DNA of 64,000 nucleotides, taken from assembly GCA_964035575.1 (NCBI GenBank), contig OZ037835.1, positions 1,984,001-2,048,000 on the forward strand, written 5' to 3'. Both the position numbers and the translations under genes were made by a program. The DNA comes from Rhynchopus sp. YZ270_cl-10. Taxonomy: Eukaryota. Below are positions 56,766 to 64,000 of the stretch, one piece after another; within the stretch, counting starts at the first letter, position 1, and every line of letters begins with the position of its first letter. The notes beneath the pieces are model-generated. The model saw nothing but the letters and a program-made list of their open reading frames with translations. It was not told the DNA's origin and made no database searches.

Positions 56766-57591
56766 CGGAACCCAGAAACGTCCATTCGAGCAATTTTTTT
56801 TTGGTTTTGACACACCCTGTGCCCGCCAGGCATAGTCTGTACAAAGTGATTTTTACCTGGATTTTTGCCTGTATTTTCCTTAAGGAAAATACACAGGGAA
56901 TTATCTTACGCTCCGTCCCAAATTTTTGTCCACACATACGATAAAGTAATAGTTACTCCACTAAATAAATCGAGCAAAAATATGGTGAACTCAGCGGAGC
57001 CCGGTTTTAAAAGTGCCAAAAACGACCTTTTCGTTTTGACGCATTGTGACTTCCTCAAATGCACTTTTCAAGGGTAAAAAATTCGGGTTTTCTAAGCACA
57101 ACCAGTGTTAAGTCAAAAAATTTCGCGAAAAAAAAATAGATTTTTTTTGACTCTAGATGCCGGAACCCAGAAACGTCCATTCGAGCAATTTTTTTTTGGT
57201 TTTGACACACCCTGTGCCCGCCAGGCATAGTCTGTACAAAGTGATTTTTACCTGGATTTTTGCCTGTATTTTCCTTAAGGAAAATACACAGGGAATTATC
57301 TTACGCTCCGTCCCAAATTTTTGTCCACACATACGATAAAGTAATAGTTACTCCACTAAATAAATCGAGCAAAAATATGGTGAACTCAGCGGAGCCCGGT
57401 TTTAAAAGTGCCAAAAACGACCTTTTCGTTTTGACGCATTGTGACTTCCTCAAATGCACTTTTCAAGGGTAAAAAATTCGGGTTTTCTAAGCACAACCAG
57501 TGTTAAGTCAAAAAATTTCGCGAAAAAAAAATAGATTTTTTTTGACTCTAGATGCCGGAACCCAGAAACGTCCATTCGAGCAATTTTTTTT
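56766..57591. repeat. 395-bp tandem repeat (two copies plus the start of a third); a partial copy lies at ~52686-52795
   Basis: CGGAACCCAGAAACGTCC recurs at 56766, 57161 and 57556. Confidence 0.92.
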
Positions 57592-57855
57592 GCAGACAAC
57601 AACGCAGTGTAACGCAGCGTAACGCAGTGTAACGGAGTGGTTGTTAGGAAATAATACAAACTGTAAGGATCGGACCTTTTTGGAATCGAAGGATGAAATT
57701 TGTGTGTATAATTCGATAGTCTTGTATTTGTTTCCTCTCTCTCTTTTCTCCCCAACCTCTGCTCCCCGACTCCAATTCAACCAACACTCACAGACGGGGC
57801 CAAAACAAACTCTGCGTTTCAAATAAATAATTAGAAAAAAAAAAAAAAAAAAAAA
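57586..57855 (+). mobile_element. Interspersed poly(A)-ending repeat, copy A (5'-shorter)
   Basis: Matches the 3' part of 62290-62613; ends AATAAATAATTAG plus a poly(A) run. Confidence 0.6.
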
Positions 57856-60800
57856 TGTGCTTCATTGCGAGGTGTCAACACGTCATCAACTTTTCAAAAT
57901 GAAGAAGATGAAGATGACGATGAAAAAGAAGAGCTAGTTTTGGGCGGAGTCAGCCCGCTGACGAAGCGATGGGTCCTCTTTGTTTGTGGTACGTTTGTAG
58001 GTAGCACTACTGGCGCTGAGCCTCAAACAGGACGCGGCTGACTTCTGTGCGTCGTGGCTTCCTATTTATTTAGCCACAGCTGGCCGGGTGCCAGAGGGGG
58101 GTAGGAGACGCTGTTATGAAAGACGATCGTCCTACACATCCCCGCTTTCATCAGTTTCGGCTCATATTACTTTTGCTGCTGGCTAACGGTTGGAGCAGGT
58201 GACTGATCCGAAGAGGTTTGGCTTCAATATGGTGACTGATGTATGCAATTATCCGAAGGTGGCTTGTTTGCTCCTGCAGGCAGGAGCTGCGACTGCGATT
58301 CCATCCTACTTCTTCTCGAGAACCACTGTGACGTTGCATTGTTATCAGTTACGCATCTGCTTTGGTTGTGATTGAAGACATGCCTCTGCACGGTGGACTT
58401 CGCTACACGGGGTTCTGCGCGCTGCACTATGAAAGTGCAGACACATATGGAACAGGCATCAACTCTGTACTGGGGATTTGCTCCGCTGCTCACGTTTGCC
58501 GATCGCATTGTGCGCCTTCGTCTCCGATGTATACGGGGGGTTAGGGTGTCCCTGAGGCCGAGATGCCTATGAGTGGCAGTGGGTGGTGTCTCTAGCAGAT
58601 GGCAGCGGCATACAGTACCAAGAGAGGGCTTCCTAATGGCGGCATACGTCCTACGCCTCCCCTTCTGTGAGTGTCGTATGGTACGGTGTATTTAAAAACA
58701 TTGCCGTCACATCTGACGGTCCACTGCAAAGGGACTGTCACCCTTCCGTTGCAGCAGAGATGCGCACCCAGTCCTGTCGTCACAGATGAGCACGATACGG
58801 CCTTCGCTGCTTGTCGTGTTTCCAGATGGAGGGTTCTCGGGGTAGTCGGCATCGTTTTCTTCGCCCAGACAAATCAACGAGCTAGCCATCGATGAACGGC
58901 TCTGGGGAAGTCTTAGTGGTCCCCGTCCCAGGCGTTTAGCTCTGATCATTGAACGTCTCATCGGGTTCGACGCAAACGCGCGTACGGTGAAACGCATCGT
59001 CGCTGATCTGCGTCATCTCCACAAGGTTTCCCGAGGCGTGCGTGTTAAGCAGCGCCGCGTGCTTCGTGTTTCCAGCTAAGATAGTGCCGATGTTGTCAGA
59101 CGGTACTGCACCTCCCTTGGGAAATTTCCCGTCCTTTAAGAGGACACTGAATACGGTTATTTTTCGCCCGTTGCAGCATCGGTCTTTCGAACTCAGTCGT
59201 CTTCCCTTGCGCGACAGTGAAGTCTTCAGTGTCCACCGAGTTGCTTGTGCCGCAGAGGGAGGAGTTGTCGACTACACCTGAACGAGAGCCGCCGAAGGGG
59301 GGTCGTCCGCAGTGCGGTGGTGCAAACAGAATCCTGCGTGGGCAGGCCACTCTCTCGAGCACTTATCTGTGTTTTGAGGAACTGTGTCTAACCCTGACGG
59401 TGGCGAAGACGATCTTTATGTTTCCAGCCATCCTGGCCTCTGTATCGTAGCATAGCACGAGGCCGTTCTGTACGTGTCCTGCGTGGTGCTTCAGTGGAGG
59501 CTTCTCCGTTTTGGACTGGCTTGTCGACGGCACGTTTAGCGTCAATGGGGCTGAGGACTTTCTGTGCTCTTCACAGCGGTTCTTTTGTACGCATTGCTTG
59601 CAACGTTTATTCGGGAACGAGATGGTGATCGTTTTTGTTGGGGTGTGCAGACCAGGCCGCCTCAGTACTGCCCACCACCGTGATGTGTACCTCTCAGGGG
59701 TTCCCCGATACACCTAATGATGTGCAGACTCAGTGCAAAATCTGCGGCGTAACGACGTTGTTTTTCACCCCCATCTGGGTTGAAGCGTCTCAGGAGCAGG
59801 ACACCAGATACCTTCAGGTTACCAACACCTTTTTTACAGTCCGAGGGCAGAGCCGATCTGTACTTTATGCTGCCGCAGCTCTCATGTATTCATCTGTTCA
59901 GCGGTGGCATGCTGTGCAACCGCATCTGTTTCAGTGATGCGTGCGAGCTCGCGGTAGTGTCGCAGAGTTGCGATAATGACACATGGTTCCCCGGTATTCG
60001 AGGACTAGGTTCACGTTTGGGGTTCCGTCATGTTTGTTTCATACTTGTATATTATATCAATGTCATTTTAACAGAAGAGACTTTAGTTCATATCATCATA
60101 TTTAATATTTTTTACAGTTCAAAGGCCTCCTCATTGTCGGACGCTAGTGACAGGCGTAAGGGTGACTTGAGTGCCTTCAATCATTGTATTGTACTTGTTT
60201 CACATGTGGTCCCCTATCACACACAGGGAGCATCTATTGGTGGTTGGAGCGCTGTTGTCTTCCTCTGATCCATTGGCGCACCCGGACTTATAGTTGTGTG
60301 GGACTTATACTTGTGGAGGCCTGCGCAAAATGTTGCTCCGCGTTAAGGTGGCTAAGCACGAGAGGTTTAGGGTCATTTTATACACTCTTCTTTCTTGTGC
60401 TGCCGGGCTGGAGCACAGCTGGTGCGTCTTTTGTATCCCACGTTGGCGGCCGGTGAGCGCGCTGTTCCAGACTATTTTACATACAGTTCACTACTCTCTG
60501 ATGCGTTTTATTCCCTTATTACTCTAACCACTCCCCACCACAGGAGAAGCGTCGCGACCCCTCCGAGCCATACTACATATTTACCGACGTCTACGATTTC
60601 TCTAGCCTATCGGGCCCAGAGCCTCTGGCCTGTGGTCTCGTGCACTGGATCGTCGGGCCGACCTCTCTGAGTGGGGGAATGGTCGTTACAGCAAGAACAG
60701 TGATTCTGGACAATAAGAGCGAAATAGGGTAAAGCAGTGTGACACGAGTTTGGGAATATGCAGGTCACCGCTAGCTCAGAGACAAATGCAACGCTGCACG

Positions 60801-61431
60801 TAGAAGTGCAGTTTTATTTTCCATGAGTGGAACTGTGCTATTGGGTGGACCCGTCTCCAACGCGCACTGTTGCTACCTATTTAGTGCACAATTATGGCAA
60901 AGCTGCGGATGCACATTTATCTCTCATTTACGGCCGGTTCCTTTACAGTGATACCGGGGTGGCATGTCCATGTCAAGAGGGAGCACCGTTCGCTAGTTAC
61001 GTCTCACTGCTTGGTTCTGTGAAAGAGTAAACTGACGCAGGAGAATCCACTGGTCAGGTAAAACCTTTTCCTACATCGTTTTTTGCTATTCTTCCCCTCT
61101 TATCTCTCTGCTTTCATCTTTTCTAAAAATTCCTGGTCGTGATAGTTCGCGAACTCCCCTGCAGTCAGGTCAACGCAGGGTACGAATAATTAACGATATA
61201 ATTCAATATTTGGATAGTTCAGTGACTTCACAGACCCGACACCATTGATGTGTCTCAACCAAAACTTAATAAGTAAAGAGCTTTTCTTGAAGAGAGGAAA
61301 GATAACACATTACATACTGTGGCCAATGTTGCCTATTAATTCGCTCTGGCACTTCGCACCGTTTCAAGCTGTACGTCTCACTGCTGAGGCCCACAGTGGT
61401 GTCTATTCGTGCTGGTCGCTCTCAGTGACTC

Positions 61432-62216
61432 TGTTATAGCCTGGTTATTCACAGTAGCAACCTTTGGTGCACTGTTACTATTTGCCTCTCATCACCGTGC
61501 CGGTACTCTTGTCGGAGTAGCCTACTAGCACGCGGCATACAGTACAGGCTCATAGCACACAACTCCGTAGTGAAGCTTTCCCGCTCTCTGTTCATCGTAC
61601 ATAGGAAGCCTTTCGTAGCAAGGGTTGATTTACGGAGACGGGAGAGACTACGACTTACGAATCCTGTTGACGCCAAATGGGCTTCGGCTCCCGGTGGTTA
61701 AAAAGGCGGACTCTTCCCGAGATGTGAGGACAAGAGCCCGTAGTTTCGGAGGTCCTTATAAATGGTTCACACTGGTGGGATTTGGCCTTTGGCGGTCGTC
61801 ACAAGGTTCAGGATTCCTCTTTCGTTCTGTATTTCTCTTTTGTTTGTGTACTTATCGTTACAAGGTTCAGGATTCCTCTTTCGTTCTGTGTTCTTCTTTT
61901 GTTTGTGTACTTGTAGTTTGTTATAGCCTAGTTATTCGCAGTTGCAACCTTTGGTGCACTGTTACTATTTGCCTCTCATCACCGTGCCGGTACTCTTGTT
62001 GGAGTAGCCTACTAGCACGCGGCATACTGTGAGGACAAGAGCCCGTAGTTTCGGAGGTCCTTATAAAGGTTCACACTGGTGGGATTTGGCCTTTGGCGGT
62101 CGTCACAAGGTTCAGGATTCCTCTTTCGTTCTGTATTTCTCTTTTGTTTGTGTACTTATCGTTACAAGGTTCAGGATTCCTCTTTCGTTCTGTATTTCTC
62201 TTTTGTTTGTGTACTT
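61432..62216. repeat. Local tandem duplication with an internal deletion in the second copy
   Basis: 61432-61540 matches ~61919-62027 and 61724-61912 matches ~62028-62216; internal ~60-bp subrepeat ACAAGGTTCAGGATTCCTCTTTCG. Confidence 0.8.
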
Positions 62217-62289
62217 GCCGTTTAGGTCGGCGGTCGGGTGGGGGGTATGTTTTGTTCGCGCAGCGTCCCTCAGGGTCCTTAGGGTCCTG

Positions 62290-62613
62290 GAGGATGCGTT
62301 CAATGAAATCATTTGTGTAGAAAAGTTTCGAGGATGTAGGTTTTATTATTTTTGCAGACAACAACGCAGTGTAACGCAGCGTAACGCAGTGTAACGGAGT
62401 GGTTGTTAGGAAATAATACAAACTGTAAGGATCGGACCTTTTTGGAATCGAAGGATGAAATTTGTGTGTATAATTCGATAGTCTTGTATTTGTTTCCTCT
62501 CTCTCTTTTCTCCCCAACCTCTGCTCCCCGACTCCAATTCAACCAACACTCACAGACGGGGCCAAAACAAACTCTGCGTTTCAAATAAATAATTAGAAAA
62601 AAAAAAAAAAAAA
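62290..62613 (+). mobile_element. Interspersed poly(A)-ending repeat, copy B
   Basis: GGATGCGTTCAATG ... AATAAATAATTAG plus poly(A); matches copies A and C. Confidence 0.6.
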
Positions 62614-63699
62614 ATGGTTGAAGCGAAATTCTTCTCCATTTTTTATTTTTACTTCTAGATGTGACTAGGCAAGTGAGGCTTGGGATCATCTTTCAATACT
62701 TCTTCCTATTTTAGCGCACCTTTCGCCGCTTGAAGTCGTCCTGTGAGGTCTTAAGTTTACACATATTAGCGACTATTCTGTACTGTCGTCCTTATCCTTT
62801 ATACTAGCAACCTGCGACCCTCGGGCGCATTGTTGTCTACAACAACTTCACATTACGTTGCAACTGTGTCTATCTTTTCTCGAGCACGGTTTGCAGCGCT
62901 TAAGACTAACAGGTGCAGTCTGATAAACGAAAAGGTTACGAGTTGAGTTTAGTGCCATACGTCGCCCCGCAGCTTTGTCTTACTGTCATGACCATGCCTA
63001 TTAAAATCCTCCAAGGCAGACACAAGAGTAACGACAAAAGGTGCTTACCTCCGGTGTGAATACATCCTCTCAAATTTTTTCTGTCGACACGCCAGTGGAA
63101 TTAGCTGGGTGGCCATTCAGGAATGAGAAGTAGTATCCACCGTTTAAAGTGCGATCGAAATAATTTATTGTTACACTGGGCTTGATTTTTGATTACACAT
63201 CAACGCTCAGTGTTACCAGTGCAGGTCACTGTTGTACACTACATTACACCCTTAGGCCTTTTCTTTACTGGCAATAAGATAACCGCAGCTTTACAGCGCA
63301 ATTTTATATTTTTTTCGACGCACTTTAAGACTTTAATAACATATGAGGTGGCCTTTCCTCCGTCGACACCCACGCTGCACACGATGGCTGGGTGGCCATT
63401 CGGGGACGTGAGCCACTGTGCGGTCGGATGGCGTACTGATGTTGCTTTAAATTTATTGTAGTGCTCAGTGCGACCGAGTGGTGCACATTGGCAACATATA
63501 TTACACCGTTATGCCTATTCTTTCCTGGCAACTTAATACAGCTTACAGCACACAGTAACAGCTAAATGACGCACACCTCCCTGTAGTTAAAAGCTTTCCT
63601 TACTCTATGTCCTTCGGCCTTTGTGCTCTTGATAGTACGAGGTTAAGTACGGGATCGAGAGGGAATAAGCTACAGTTGTGTTGAATTGAATTGGAGCAG

Positions 63700-64000
63700 G
63701 GGATGCGTTCAATGAAATCATTTGTGTAGAAAAGTTTCGAGGATGTAGGTTTTATTATTTTTGCAGACAACAACGCAGTGTAACGCAGCGTAACGCAGTG
63801 TAACGGAGTGGTTGTTAGGAAATAATACAAACTGTAAGGATCGGACCTTTTTGGAATCGAAGGATGAAATTTGTGTGTATAATTCGATAGTCTTGTATTT
63901 GTTTCCTCTCTCTCTTTTCTCCCCAACCTCTGCTCCCCGACTCCAATTCAACCAACACTCACAGACGGGGCCAAAACAAACTCTGCGTTTCAAATAAATA
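63700..64000 (+). mobile_element. Interspersed poly(A)-ending repeat, copy C (runs off the window)
   Basis: Matches 62290-62590. Confidence 0.6.

Noticed and set aside
57860..61430. Unique mid-GC region with short ORFs
   Set aside because: No long frame or motif I can recognise; possibly decayed coding or retroelement DNA but unsupported without a search.

Overview
Eukaryotic, intron-free, repeat-rich DNA. It is probably from a protist: same-strand tandem genes, CA-rich 5' leaders and a HAMP-cyclase receptor would fit a euglenozoan such as a diplonemid (inference only). Bases 1-47,100 are a head-to-tail + strand array of 14 paralogous ankyrin-repeat genes (10 intact, 4 damaged) plus 3 fragments. 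Each protein has a bipartite NLS-like N-terminus, a near-invariant N-terminal domain, a ~15-aa hypervariable loop, 2-4 three-ankyrin modules and one of two C-terminal tails. Within the modules the framework is near-identical but the predicted binding-face residues vary strongly, and modules are shuffled between copies. The spacers hold at least five non-autonomous DNA transposons with verifiable TIRs and target-site duplications: four hAT-type (8-bp TSD, one with a decayed hAT dimerisation motif) and one with a 3-bp TSD that hosts two of the hAT elements. An unannotated short ORF at ~21.9-22.3 kb encodes two copies of an unusual Cys/His motif plus a canonical PCNA-binding PIP box. The array ends at a ~3.4-kb (TTTGTTG)n satellite. 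After it come a receptor-type class III cyclase homologue with degenerate catalytic residues and further repeats. No rRNA, tRNA or CRISPR array was seen.
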